A stretch of 42,621 bases of DNA from assembly GCA_900128395.1 (NCBI GenBank), contig LT649299.1:1-42621 (forward strand), read 5' to 3'. Positions 20,292 through 31,569 of the stretch are shown here, piece by piece. The position numbers were made by a program, and so were the translations under genes. How positions within the stretch are numbered: the stretch's first letter is position 1; each line of letters starts with the position of its first letter. A model generated the notes under the pieces. The model saw only the letters and a list, made by a program, of their open reading frames with translations, made no database searches and had not been told where the DNA came from. The DNA comes from Stramenopiles sp. TOSAG23-2. Its lineage: Eukaryota.

Positions 20292-20819
20292 AAGTTGCTT
20301 CACCTTTAAATAAAACAGTACACTATGGGAAAAGAGAATATGATATTTTAAGGGTTGAAATTAGACAAAACAGGATTTTCTGCAAGTCTGGAAAACACGT
20401 TTAGTAATCCCCCCATGGCTATGTTATAATAATGTGTTGTAGCGGTGGTGCGAGTTGCCGTGCCGGTGTGGTGCAATTTACAGTAAAAGTATAAAATACC
20501 GTATTATTAGAATTATTACGGGCTATGAAAATCATTCATCTCCCATCAATAAACCCAATCAACCTGGCCCGCTCTCTGGCGGCACGATAAAACAGTTTGT
20601 TCATTTGTCAAAAATCTATTTTTGCACAGGGGGTTTTGGAAAAAAAAGAAAGCGATACATATTGCTAGTATTGAAATAGCGGACAGAAATAACGAAGGTG
20701 GTAGAAAAATATTAATACCTGGAGCTATTCCCATAAAAAATAATAAGTGCACAACAAGAGTATAAGTGTAATTTGCAGAGTATAAATCAACTGATAGTTT
20801 AAATGAACGTATACGTATT

Positions 20820-21149
20820 ATGGATAATGCTTTATCAACTCAAGGTGGATGTTTCGGTTCAAGCAGTGCAAAGGAAATAAGAGCTAGTATGGAATTATCC
20901 TTGATGAGATGGAGGCTTGCAAAACGAAAAGCGAAACATTTACCTGTTTTAGCAAATGTGAGTTGGCATGTCAGTGACTTGTTAGACGATTTAAATGAAT
21001 TGAAAACGGATCGTGCAACGATAGAATTAGAAATATCGCAAACAAAAATGGAAATTGACAAAGCGATGGTGGAAGTTGCTGAGAAAGTTACTAAACTTCG
21101 TAGCAAACTTGGGATCGAATTTAATAGTGATACATTTCGAGTTGGTTAA
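20820..21149 (+). CDS. Coiled-coil protein fragment, probably the 3' remnant of a degraded gene
   Basis: 109-aa ORF with heptad pattern; protein-like reading extends upstream (FAEYKSTDSLNERIRI) but is broken by stops/frameshifts toward the transposon. Confidence 0.4.
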   Translation: MDNALSTQGGCFGSSSAKEIRASMELSLMRWRLAKRKAKHLPVLANVSWHVSDLLDDLNELKTDRATIELEISQTKMEIDKAMVEVAEKVTKLRSKLGIEFNSDTFRVG

Positions 21150-21491
21150 AAAATAACGTTTTTTATTATTGTTTATTCCTGTATTATTAATAAATTAATA
21201 CTAAAACGTATTATTGTGTGAATATATTTTTTCTGTATTTTTAAGGGGATGCAGGGATGCACGGATCCTCTGCTACTGGCACTTTAACTTGGATGATACT
21301 CCAAGCTACTCTGTGTGTCTGGACGTCTGGATGGACCTATATGTGCATATCTCCCTGTATATAATATTATTATTATCGGTAAGACGGACGCATCATATAC
21401 ATATAAGTCGTATGTATGCATCTTTGTTTAGATAATACATTAATATATTTTTTTCTGTTTGTATTTTTATCTTATTTTTATTTTATTACTC

Positions 21492-23580
21492 ATGACGGAT
21501 TTGAAAATCAAAAATGATACAGAATATGAAACATATGAAGCGCCAAATCCTACTGTAAAGCCATCTGATTTTGAACATAGGTTTACTGGGACGGAAGAAA
21601 AATTAACACAGACGCAATATGATTTTATTATTATTGGCTCCGGGAGTGCTGGGTGTGCCTTGGTAAATCGCCTGTGTGACGAAAGGCCTGATTTCAAAAT
21701 TTTATTGCTTGAAGCTGGAGGTGAAGCACATAATTCTAAAGTCGTAAAGGACCCTCAAAAATTTACACAACTTTGGAATACTATGATTGACTGGCAATTT
21801 ACCATGGAACCAATGAAGGGTTTGAGAAATCGAAATAGTGATACACCGAAACAAGTGATGGCTGAAAGAGGTAAAACTACTGGTGGTACATCCACAATAA
21901 ATGCTATGATGTGGGTTAGGGCATCGAAAGAAGATTGTGATAGGTGGGAAAATGCTGGAGCAAAGGGATGGGAGTATTCGAACGTATTAAAAAATGCAAA
22001 AGCAATTGAGGCTGTTCAAGACTATGAGGAATTACCAACTGAACTGCGTTTAAATCGTGGGCAAAATGGCCCTATCGAAGTCCATAAAGTTAAATATACT
22101 AAATTGGATGATGCATTTTCAAAAGCATGTGCAAAACAAGGGTTTGTTGAAACCATTGATTATAATGCAGAAATGGCAATTGGAAACAAAGAAACTAGTG
22201 CAAAAGGTATCATAGCTCAAGCCCAATTCAATGCTGGTGCTACTTCAGGAAGGCAAGATGCATTTTCAAAATTCATTGAACCAATTATGCAATCACAATT
22301 TGGTAGACCAAAATTATATATTGCATCGTCTACATTTGTTCGTAAAATATTGTTTGAAAAACGCAATGAAGAGCCGTATCCCCGTGCCATTGCTGTTGAA
22401 GTGGAATTAAATAATGGCACGATCTTAAAAATACCGGCAAGGAGGGAAATAATATTATCAGCTGGGGCTGTTGGGTCCCCCCATTTATTACTACTTAGTG
22501 GTATTGGAGATCGAGAACATTTAAACGAATTTGGGATCAAATGTATATCACATGCTCCGGGTGTAGGAAGAGAGATGCAAGATCATGCTGGATGTGGCAT
22601 TGGCTTTAGTTTTAATGATGACGTTGATTTGTCACCAAAATATATAAATTCACAAGCCATGTTTGGCTTTCTACAGACAAAAACAGCAAAAGAACTTGAA
22701 GAAAAAGATGGGCAACCTCGTGGCATGGATATTCAATTTATGTTAGATGCGCGTGGTTTAAGTAACACAGCCCGACGAAACATTCCTCCATTATTGTTTA
22801 GACCAGAAAATCGCGGTAAATTAATGCAACATTTGAAAGAACAATATCTATATCAATTTAAGCTATGGGACGAAGAAAGAGCAAAGTGGGGAACAGGGCG
22901 GGAGAAGCGTAATGGGGGTATTGGAGTTATATTAAATCAATGTGTATCTCGTGGAAGAGTTCAACTTCGTTCAGGAGATCCTCATATTGGGCCAAAAATC
23001 GATCCAGGGCAATTGACAGATAAAGATGAAATTGACTTGAAAGCATTGGCTGATGGCATGAGAGAAATTTGGAAAATTGTAAATACAGAACCGTTTAAAT
23101 CGTATATTGATTGGAATTCTGGGACAAGTTTATCAAACATTGATATAAACAATGATGATCAATTACATCAATATTTACGAATGGCAACCGGTTCTACTTG
23201 GCATTATAGTAGTACATGCAAAATGGGTGTAGCTGAAGATCCATTAGCTGTATTAGATAGTAAATTGCGTGTTCGAGGTGTTATTGGGTTACGAGTGGTA
23301 GATGCCTCTGTTATGCCACAAGGTAAGAAATATCCACACATACACACACACATATACATACATACATACATATATATATTTATATATATACAAGAAGGAA
23401 ATATTTAAACTAACAAGAAATACGATTCATTTACCGCAAGTTACATCTGGTAATATAAATGCACCAACGATGATGATTGGTGATAAAGCTGGGGAAATAA
23501 TAGCAATTGATTATCGTGCAGACAATGCAAGCGATCTATGGGAAGAGGTCGGCAATGCACATCCCATGTCAAATTTGTAA
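21492..23580 (+). CDS. GMC oxidoreductase (choline/alcohol dehydrogenase-like); exons 21492-23322 and 23441-23580
   Basis: YDFIIIGSGSAG, LLLEAG, RGKTTGGTSTINAM, IILSAGAVGSPHLLLLSGIG, WHYSSTCKMG, LRVVDASVMPQ/VTSGNINAPTMMIGDK restored by splicing. Confidence 0.92.
23323..23440 (+). other. Spliceosomal GT-AG intron (118 nt) containing (CA)n/(CATA)n microsatellite
   Basis: GTAAGA donor, AAACTAAC branch point (~23407-23414), CAAG acceptor; removal restores the GMC motif MPQVTSGN. Confidence 0.88.
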
Positions 23581-24285
23581 ACACTATTTATACAGGTATT
23601 CTCTTATATTGGTGTTTAACACCACTAGATATATTTTAAATATGATATTGGCCTCCTCTCCGCAAAAAGGTGCAGCACTAAATTTAGGTCCATATTATTT
23701 TTCATTTAATGCACTTAAAAGAACTCTGAAAATCATAAAAAAAGGTGCAGGTAGCACCTGCTGTGTCCATGCAATACCACCGTGGTATCGTCTATTAATA
23801 TTTTACCATGGAACAATATTAAAAATATAATAATAACTAATAACTACGTAATCCAGTAGTACCTTAACTACAGTTCTCCCTGGTTTTACAGAGTACCTGG
23901 TACAGTACAGGCCCTGGTAGTTCGCCTGTATTACAATGGTATTACCGGTTCAATAGCAGGTGACGAAAAAAAAGGCCACAGCATTAGCTAAAAATAGTTG
24001 GTTGCACACATACAAAATGTTTTTTTTTTTTAAAACTTTTTGAAAATATATATATCGGGGATATTGACATATATATATATAGACCATTTTGACATAGATA
24101 TAATCCATTTTAAAATAGTCTTCGTTAATATATATAAGTGCGTAACTACAGTAACAGATAAGGAATAATTTTTAAAATTATTTTTTCTAAATAATATTTT
24201 ACAAACAATTATATAAAAATAGACATGCCCGCATGTGCATATACCTGTTACATCATTTGAAAAAAGAGAAACAACTATAAACAAT

Positions 24286-25551
24286 ATGAATTTTTTTATT
24301 TTTTTATTATCATTTGTCATTACATTCCTATCCTATCCATTGCCTGTAACATCTGTTCCGAATGTTATATGGTATGCACCTTTCTTTAGTGGTGGTGGAT
24401 ATTGCTCCGAGGCAATTAGCTTTGTATTAGGATTGTACAAAAAAGGAGTTAATATTAAAATAATTCAACACGGAGATTCATTTAATCAAAAATTTGTTGA
24501 AGGTTTGCCAGACGATGAGCGACTGATGTTAAGGGATATGATTGGTAGTCAGCTTGATCCTCGAACAAGTATTGTAATTTGTCATTCAGAACCAGGTGCA
24601 TGGAACCCATCCTCTTGGAGCCATGTGAATTGTCCACCAGCTTATGAAACAAGCTTGTATACAATAGGACGAACTATGTTTGAGACTGATAGGATACCGA
24701 CAGGGTGGGCCAAAAGATTGAACAAAATGGATGAAATATGGGTACCTAGCCAGTTTCATTTGGGTACCTTTACGAAGGATGGGCATTTGGATACTAAATT
24801 AAACGTTCTCGGGGAGCCTGTTGATACGGACTTTTTCAATCCAACCACAGCAGGAACAAATTTTCGGTTTCCAGATTTAGGTAAGAATAAAGACAAAATT
24901 AAATTTTTAAGTGTATTTAAATGGGAAAAACGTAAAGGATGGGATGTTTTGTTAAAAGCATATTTCAATGAATTTCATAAAAATGATCGCGTCGTATTGT
25001 ATCTATTATCCAATGCTTTTCATAGCACTTCTGATTTTCAAGGTGAAATTGAAAAATATATTAAAAATGTATTAAAATTAAGCATTGAGGACTTGCCAAG
25101 TATTTATGTATTGAAAAGTGGAATACCACAAAACTTAATGCCGACATTGTATAATAGTGTAGATGCTTTGGTGCAACCATCGAGAGGGGAAGGGTGGGGA
25201 AGGCCACATTGTGAAGCGATGGCATCGGGCTTACCAATAATTGCAACTAATTTTTCTGGAACGACCGAGTTCATAAATGAAGAAAATGCATATCCTTTAG
25301 ATATTAGTGGAATGACCGAAATATTGGAAGGAGCATTTCAAGGTCATTTTTGGGCAGAACCAAGCAGTCAGCATTTACAATTATTGATGCGGAATATCGT
25401 TGACAATCCAGATGAGGCAAAAAAGAAAGGAGTCAATGCAAGAGATACAATGTTAAAATATTATGCACCAGATGTTATGGCTAATGTTGTTTCGAAAAAA
25501 TTAGAAGAAATTGATGCTAGAATAAATAATTTCAAGAATTCGGATCTTTAG
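24286..25551 (+). CDS. Glycosyltransferase family 4 (GT-B), signal peptide/anchor
   Basis: TMFETDRIP, MDEIWVPS, FLSVFKWEKRKGWDVLL, PSRGEGWGRPHCEAMASGLPIIATN (E-x7-E); MNFFIFLLSFVITFL N-terminus. Confidence 0.92.
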   Translation: MNFFIFLLSFVITFLSYPLPVTSVPNVIWYAPFFSGGGYCSEAISFVLGLYKKGVNIKIIQHGDSFNQKFVEGLPDDERLMLRDMIGSQLDPRTSIVICHSEPGAWNPSSWSHVNCPPAYETSLYTIGRTMFETDRIPTGWAKRLNKMDEIWVPSQFHLGTFTKDGHLDTKLNVLGEPVDTDFFNPTTAGTNFRFPDLGKNKDKIKFLSVFKWEKRKGWDVLLKAYFNEFHKNDRVVLYLLSNAFHSTSDFQGEIEKYIKNVLKLSIEDLPSIYVLKSGIPQNLMPTLYNSVDALVQPSRGEGWGRPHCEAMASGLPIIATNFSGTTEFINEENAYPLDISGMTEILEGAFQGHFWAEPSSQHLQLLMRNIVDNPDEAKKKGVNARDTMLKYYAPDVMANVVSKKLEEIDARINNFKNSDL

Positions 25552-25839
25552 ACAATGTCAATAATGATGTTGACTGTAATTCTTTTGAAGAGTTATATAA
25601 GTACGAGGAGCTCGTAAAAAAATATTGAAAAAAAATAAATTAAAAATCCAATATATATTTTTATAATTTAAAATTATCATATATACTTGTGTCTAGTAGT
25701 ATAGCAAAGTTTTATATTCTTTTTTATAAATCATTAATATATATATATATTAATATTATTATATAAATGTGTACACCACGGAACAAACAACACAACAACA
25801 ATAACAACAAAATATCTTTTGTTACGCACAAAAAAAAAA

Positions 25840-27642
25840 TTAAGCATTAAACCATGATTGTGACTGCTCAATAAATTTGTTTGATGCATAATATGATTGT
25901 TTTGATTCTTCTAATTCTGCACGTAATCGTTGTAACTCTAACCCTTTTTCAAAATTTTCTACCAAACTTTCCATATTTGATTTTGGTGCTTCTATTTTAT
26001 TACCATGTTTTCTTTGCTTTGATCCTCTCCGTCTATTTTTACCACTCCCAGTACTTTTACCACCACTAGCCATCATACGGCTACGATTTTGATAAACATC
26101 TCTTAATATTTTATGTTCTCTACTCGTTCCTTTTTTTCTTCTTAAATTATTTTTTGATTTAGTTTTGTTGTTACTATTATTATTATTACCACCTCCATTG
26201 TTACTTTTATTATTAGCTGTTGGTGCTCCTTGCATTAATTTCTCACTATTAACTTTAAAATCAAATTGTTTTGCATACTCCATAGCTTCTCGTAATTTTG
26301 CATAATCAAATGGTCTATCTGGATTCATATCCATTTCTCGTTGTGATGGACGTTTTGCATATGCTGGATGAGAACCTTTATTTTGTACTATACCGGATGA
26401 TATTTTTCTCATTTGAGATAATTCGGATCTTAATTTAGGTAAACTTGCAACTTTTGGTAATTTCACACCTTGTGTCATTGCTGGTGGCAATGACGTAGAT
26501 GCTACATTATTATTGTTGTTATTGTTTCTAGTATTATCAATAAATGGACCTTTGCTATGAAGCATGGATTCGATACCATTATACAAGGAACCTGTACTTC
26601 TTCTTACATTATGAGAATTATGATTGATCGTTTTCTTTTTATTTGGTTGTTGCGGACCGGTTACTATATTATTTTTATTGCGTCTAAATGATTTTTTATT
26701 TTGTTTCAATGATGACTGTTTTTGCTGTTGTTGTTGCGGTTGTTGGCGGTATCTTTTTGGTTGAGATAATGGTCGTTTATAATATGTATCTTTGTAATAG
26801 CCTACACCATTTTTATCCATTTTAAATATATATCCTTTTTTAGCACCTTTAAAACATTTTGATTCTACAAAATTTTTACTTTCACCAGTATCTGGACGAC
26901 GTTGTTGAGATGTTTTTTGTGCAACTTTTGTTTGTCGTTTTGATATTGATGGTGCTGTCTTTTTCATTATTGCTGCAGATTTGAAATTGTTATTATGATT
27001 ATCATTATTATTGTTCGTACTACCTTTTTTCTTCAAAACATCTTTTGATAAGATCATATGATTATTAAATTCAGAAAAATTTTCAAAGTCATCTAAAAAA
27101 TCTAACTCATCAAATAAACTTTTTACTACTACTCTTTTTTTTGGCGGTGATATTAATGCTGATTCTTCCTCGGAGTCTTCTCCTTCATTGTCTTCTTCTT
27201 GTTGATCATGTTCCATTATTTTTTGTGGTGCTTCATCATCGTCATACCTACCAATGTTGTATTTATCGTTTGCGTCTGGTCTATATTTATCATAATCAAA
27301 ATCATCTTCGTCTTCATTATATATTTTAAAACTAACATTATTATTATATTCGTCATCTTTTTTATAGAAGTTGTTATTAGTATTAATAAATTGATTATTA
27401 TTATTATTATTATTATTATTAACATGATTATTAATACTACTAGTATTACTAGTAGTGTAATTATGATTATTATCGTATTTGCTTATCGTTGCATTTAGAC
27501 CTTTATTATGCTTTTCCATTATTTCTTTCTCACGTTGATATTTTGCAAATAATGATTCATAACCTTGTGGTTTCCGAGGTTTCACTGCAACTTTTGCAAT
27601 TTTTTCTTCCGTTCCAAGTGGAGCACCGTTGAATAAAAACAT
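25840..27642 (-). CDS. Hypothetical low-complexity protein with a short Gly/aromatic module and C-terminal coiled coil
   Basis: 600-aa ORF; FVESKCFKGAKKGYIFKMDKNGVGYYKD; LVENFEKGLELQRLRAELEESKQS. Confidence 0.75.
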   Translation of the reverse strand: MFLFNGAPLGTEEKIAKVAVKPRKPQGYESLFAKYQREKEIMEKHNKGLNATISKYDNNHNYTTSNTSSINNHVNNNNNNNNNQFINTNNNFYKKDDEYNNNVSFKIYNEDEDDFDYDKYRPDANDKYNIGRYDDDEAPQKIMEHDQQEEDNEGEDSEEESALISPPKKRVVVKSLFDELDFLDDFENFSEFNNHMILSKDVLKKKGSTNNNNDNHNNNFKSAAIMKKTAPSISKRQTKVAQKTSQQRRPDTGESKNFVESKCFKGAKKGYIFKMDKNGVGYYKDTYYKRPLSQPKRYRQQPQQQQQKQSSLKQNKKSFRRNKNNIVTGPQQPNKKKTINHNSHNVRRSTGSLYNGIESMLHSKGPFIDNTRNNNNNNNVASTSLPPAMTQGVKLPKVASLPKLRSELSQMRKISSGIVQNKGSHPAYAKRPSQREMDMNPDRPFDYAKLREAMEYAKQFDFKVNSEKLMQGAPTANNKSNNGGGNNNNSNNKTKSKNNLRRKKGTSREHKILRDVYQNRSRMMASGGKSTGSGKNRRRGSKQRKHGNKIEAPKSNMESLVENFEKGLELQRLRAELEESKQSYYASNKFIEQSQSWFNA

Positions 27643-28770
27643 TACTGTTTCTTAAAGTTATTATTATTCTGTTGGGTATTTAATTTTCTCCAAATAAAGT
27701 TAACAAGAATTATTATTGATGTCTTCGTTTATTATGTGAATGAATATGTTCTTAATTTCTTTTTAATTTTTCATATACTGAATAAAAATATACATGTAGA
27801 AATTATGAGATGTTACTACTACTATTATTATCAATATTTTATATTACTGTAATTACTCAGATATAGATCTATGTTTTAGTTTTCAATCAATATTTTTTAT
27901 TATTATTTTATTCTTTCTACTTTTTTTTTAATAATTTTAATAACGGTCTTCATAATCAACCATCCTCGCACTTATACCGGTACAGTACCTGGTACAGGTA
28001 TGATAACCGGGTAATAGCTGTTACCGAATGCTAGAGCTACTGTACAGTGTGCCTGGCCTGGTACAGTTGCTTAGTCTATCATCTATAGACGACTAGCTCT
28101 ACTGTACCAATAACAGTACAATTGAAAATCCAAAGTGAGCTTAAGGAATTAATCTTTCTGCCTTCTTTATTTTAATTTACGGGCTAGTTTAAGTTCAGTA
28201 GCGTTGTTAGATTCCAGTCAGCTTAAGCTACAACTAAACTATTAGGAACACACAGCAGGAGAGCAGCAGTAATAAGTGGTAGAAATGTTGAGTTGATAGG
28301 GATATGTCTCTTGTTTACCTGTGTACGTGATAGTATTCGCCTCGTATATGTCATTGTAGTGCTAATCTGTTAGTAAACTTGCCAAAATCGGTCGATTGCA
28401 ATGAATGGTTGTTCGTGGCTCGAAATTGCCGAAGGTAGGCCACAATTTCAAAGAAAAAGTAATAGTGAATTGGATTCATACTATGAAAAAAAATATATAT
28501 ACCTATCGATAATGCTATAGACATACTATGTAAATTGAATTTATATTATTAAACACCTCTGCTGCCTTATAAATAGACTATAGAAAAAGAGAAGAGAGTG
28601 TGTCTTTGTGATAAAACTTATAGAAAGTCAACAATATAAGCAATCAGAAATATAATAACAAATTATAGTTTCATATTTTATAATAAAACAAATACAGCAA
28701 AAGAAGAAAGCATATACATATATATATAATTTATAATTAAAAAGAAAAAACATATTACAACAAATACATC

Positions 28771-30972
28771 ATGCCACCAAAAAGAAGAAAGAAGAAATCG
28801 AAAACTAAGAAAGCGTCAGACCCAACCTTAGCAAGTGAGTTTGCAAACTTAAGCGTAAATGAACGCGCAAAGATGGCTGTAGAAGCTAAAAACATGGGAA
28901 ATACTGCATTCGCTGCTGGTAAATACAGAGAAGCTGTCGGGTGCTTCACTGATGCGGTACAACTTGATCCAAAATCAACTGTATATTTAAGTAATCGTTC
29001 CGCTGCTTACATCAAATTAGGTGAAAACAAAAAAGCACAAGCTGATGCGGAAAAATGTATCGCTTTAGACAAAAACTGGGTGAAAGGTTACATCCGTTTA
29101 GGTTCTGCTCTGTTTGCACAAGAGAAATACGAAGATTCTGTTGCTGCATTGAAACTTGGAGAAGCAATTGAACCTGAAAACAAAGCTGTTACCGATGGTA
29201 TTGAAAGAGCAAATGCTGAAATTGCTAAAATCGAAGAAGCCAATAGGGAAATTCCACCAGAAGAGCGTACTATTATTGGTATTGATTTGGGTACCACCTA
29301 TTCATGTGTTGGTGTATGGAAAGACGATGGTGTCAAAATTATTGCAAATGAAGAAGGTAGTCGTACAACCGCATCTGTTGTTGGTTTCAGTACCGACAGT
29401 GGCGAAAGGTTTGTTGGTGCACCGGCACAGCGCCAAGCTTCTATGAACCCAAAAAATACCGTATATGACGTCAAACGTTTAATTGGTAGTGGTTACGATG
29501 AAGAAAAAGTTTTGAAAGATATTGAAATGTTCCAATATGAAGTTTTGAAATCACCTGAAGGCAAGCCTATGGTGAAAGTTGAACACAATGGCGCAGATAC
29601 CCAATTAGCACCGGAACAAGTCAGTGCTATCATTTTAACTAAAATGAAACAAATCGCTGAAACATTTTTAGGCCATGAAGTTAAAAAAGCAGTTATCACT
29701 GTACCAGCATATTTCAGTGATTCCCAACGTGCAGCTACTAAAGATGCAGGTGCTATTGCTGGCCTTGAAGTCATGCGTATTATCAATGAACCAACTGCTG
29801 CTGCATTGGCTTATGGTTTGGATGATAAAGATGAAGCGAAAAAGAAAAACATTTTAGTATTTGATTTAGGTGGTGGTACATTCGATGTTTCCATTTTAGC
29901 CATTGAAAAAGGTATTTTCGAAGTTAAAGCAACTGCTGGGGATACACATTTAGGTGGTGAAGATTTTGATAATATTTTACAAAATCATGTACAAAAAGAG
30001 TTCCAACGCAAGAACAGAAAAGCTCCATCTATTGCAGACAACGCACGTGCATTGAAACGTTTAAGACAAGCGTGTGAAAAAGCAAAAAGGCAATTATCAG
30101 CAAGTACAACTGCTTCGATAGAAATAGATTCTCTTGTCGATGGTATTGATTGTGCAATAACGATTACCCGGGCTAAATTCGATAGTTTATGCGATGAACT
30201 TTTCCAAAGATGCTTAGACACTGTCAAATTTGTATTGAAAGATGCACAAATGAAACAAGAAGACATCGATGATATTGTACTTGTTGGTGGTTCCACCAGA
30301 ATCCCAAAAATTCAAACTGTACTTTCAGAATACTTCAAAGGCAAAGATTTGTGCAAGACTATCAATCCAGATGAAGCTGTTGCATATGGTGCAGCTGTTC
30401 AAGGTGCTATTTTAAGTGGTGCACGTAACGCAGCAACCGATTCTTTGTTATTAGTTGACGTAACTCCTTTGTCATTAGGTATCGAAACTACTGGACGTGT
30501 CATGAGTACTTTAATCAAACGTAACACCCCAATCCCAGTGCGTAAAACTAAAACTTACACTACGGAAGAAGATTATCAAACGGAAGTTGATGTGTGTGTA
30601 TATGAAGGTGAACGTCAGTGTGTTGATGGCAACAATTTACTTGGTAAATTCACTATCTCTGGTCTTGAACGTGCAAAAAGAAATGTTCCACAAGTTGATG
30701 TTACATTTGACATCGATAGCAATGGTATGTTGCATGTTGTGGCAAAAGATCAAGTAACAGGTGCACAAGCTGATGTTACCATCACCAATGACAGAGGTCG
30801 TTTAACCAAAGAAGAGATTGAAAAAATGGTCGAGGAAGCTGAGAAATTTGCAAAAGAAGATGAGGAACGTGTAAAGGAAATTGAACGTCAAAATGCAATG
30901 GAAAGACAACAAGAAGAAGCAAGAAGGCGCGAAATTGAACAATTAAAAGCAATGGGTATGCAAATGTCATAA
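28771..30972 (+). CDS. TPR-Hsp70 fusion protein (3 TPRs + cytosolic-type Hsp70 with short lid, no EEVD)
   Basis: TPRs AKNMGNTAF / YLSNRSAAY / WVKGYIRLG; Hsp70 signatures [49 protein letters not shown]. Confidence 0.95.
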   Translation: MPPKRRKKKSKTKKASDPTLASEFANLSVNERAKMAVEAKNMGNTAFAAGKYREAVGCFTDAVQLDPKSTVYLSNRSAAYIKLGENKKAQADAEKCIALDKNWVKGYIRLGSALFAQEKYEDSVAALKLGEAIEPENKAVTDGIERANAEIAKIEEANREIPPEERTIIGIDLGTTYSCVGVWKDDGVKIIANEEGSRTTASVVGFSTDSGERFVGAPAQRQASMNPKNTVYDVKRLIGSGYDEEKVLKDIEMFQYEVLKSPEGKPMVKVEHNGADTQLAPEQVSAIILTKMKQIAETFLGHEVKKAVITVPAYFSDSQRAATKDAGAIAGLEVMRIINEPTAAALAYGLDDKDEAKKKNILVFDLGGGTFDVSILAIEKGIFEVKATAGDTHLGGEDFDNILQNHVQKEFQRKNRKAPSIADNARALKRLRQACEKAKRQLSASTTASIEIDSLVDGIDCAITITRAKFDSLCDELFQRCLDTVKFVLKDAQMKQEDIDDIVLVGGSTRIPKIQTVLSEYFKGKDLCKTINPDEAVAYGAAVQGAILSGARNAATDSLLLVDVTPLSLGIETTGRVMSTLIKRNTPIPVRKTKTYTTEEDYQTEVDVCVYEGERQCVDGNNLLGKFTISGLERAKRNVPQVDVTFDIDSNGMLHVVAKDQVTGAQADVTITNDRGRLTKEEIEKMVEEAEKFAKEDEERVKEIERQNAMERQQEEARRREIEQLKAMGMQMS

Positions 30973-31071
30973 ATACGCGTATGATATTTTTTTCTGTATG
31001 CATATTTTGCATGATGTAGATTTGTATAGCGACACTCTAATGTTTTATAAAATAAAAAAAAGGGGGGGGGG

Positions 31072-31214
31072 GGACGAAAACCATTGATTCTCATTGCACC
31101 AAAAAAATGTCCAATTCCATTTACACGTTGATGTATTGTTGTTGACTCTTCTTTTTTATTATCATCCCCATCATTATTACTTTTTGTTGAATCACCATAA
31201 TGCGCTGCATTTGT
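31072..31214 (-). repeat. Inverted 143-bp copy of 32690-32832, abutting a G12 run (probable chimera/assembly artefact)
   Basis: Reverse complement matches the dehydrogenase CDS except for a few bases at one end; poly-G at 31062-31073. Confidence 0.9.
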
Positions 31215-31569
31215 TAAGTGGGCGTAAGTCATAAAATATACGAAGAGTATCATATTATAAATATTAAATATAATATTATATTTAATATTTTATTAAAAAT
31301 ATTTTTAAAAAAATATTACTATACAGGTATGATGATATGTCATTTATATGTCATTTAGCATACGAATAGCATTAACTTTGTTCACTCATCTCTACGGCAT
31401 TGTTTGTTTCCATAATTATATAATTATGTACCAGGTATGGCACTATGAAGCACTGAACCCCAGGAATAAAAAAATACGCATAGCAAAGATACGAACAAAT
31501 ATTACATCTTTTTTAGGAACGAAACAAATAGGAGAGAAAGATATAGATAAATTTCACAAATCTCAAACA

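Larger units (their letters stand above)
19178..20421. mobile_element. Non-autonomous hAT-type DNA transposon (MITE-like)
   Basis: Perfect 22-bp TIRs TAGCCATGGGGGGATTACTAAA (19178-19199; 20400-20421), 8-bp TSD TGTTATAA (19170-19177; 20422-20429), many TTACTAAA/TTTAGTAA subterminal repeats, no transposase ORF. Confidence 0.88.

Noticed and set aside
28100-28770. Heat-shock elements or structured RNA upstream of the TPR-Hsp70
   Set aside because: No triple nGAAn array seen; short complementary segments at ~28415-28449 are too weak to call
30888-31253. 121-aa minus-strand ORF with dehydrogenase-like peptide
   Set aside because: Produced by the inverted 143-bp copy; not an independent gene
31348-31569. 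N-terminal extension of the dehydrogenase ORF in the track
   Set aside because: Intergenic-like composition containing the TACCAGG upstream motif; ATG 31570 has the A-rich context seen at other starts
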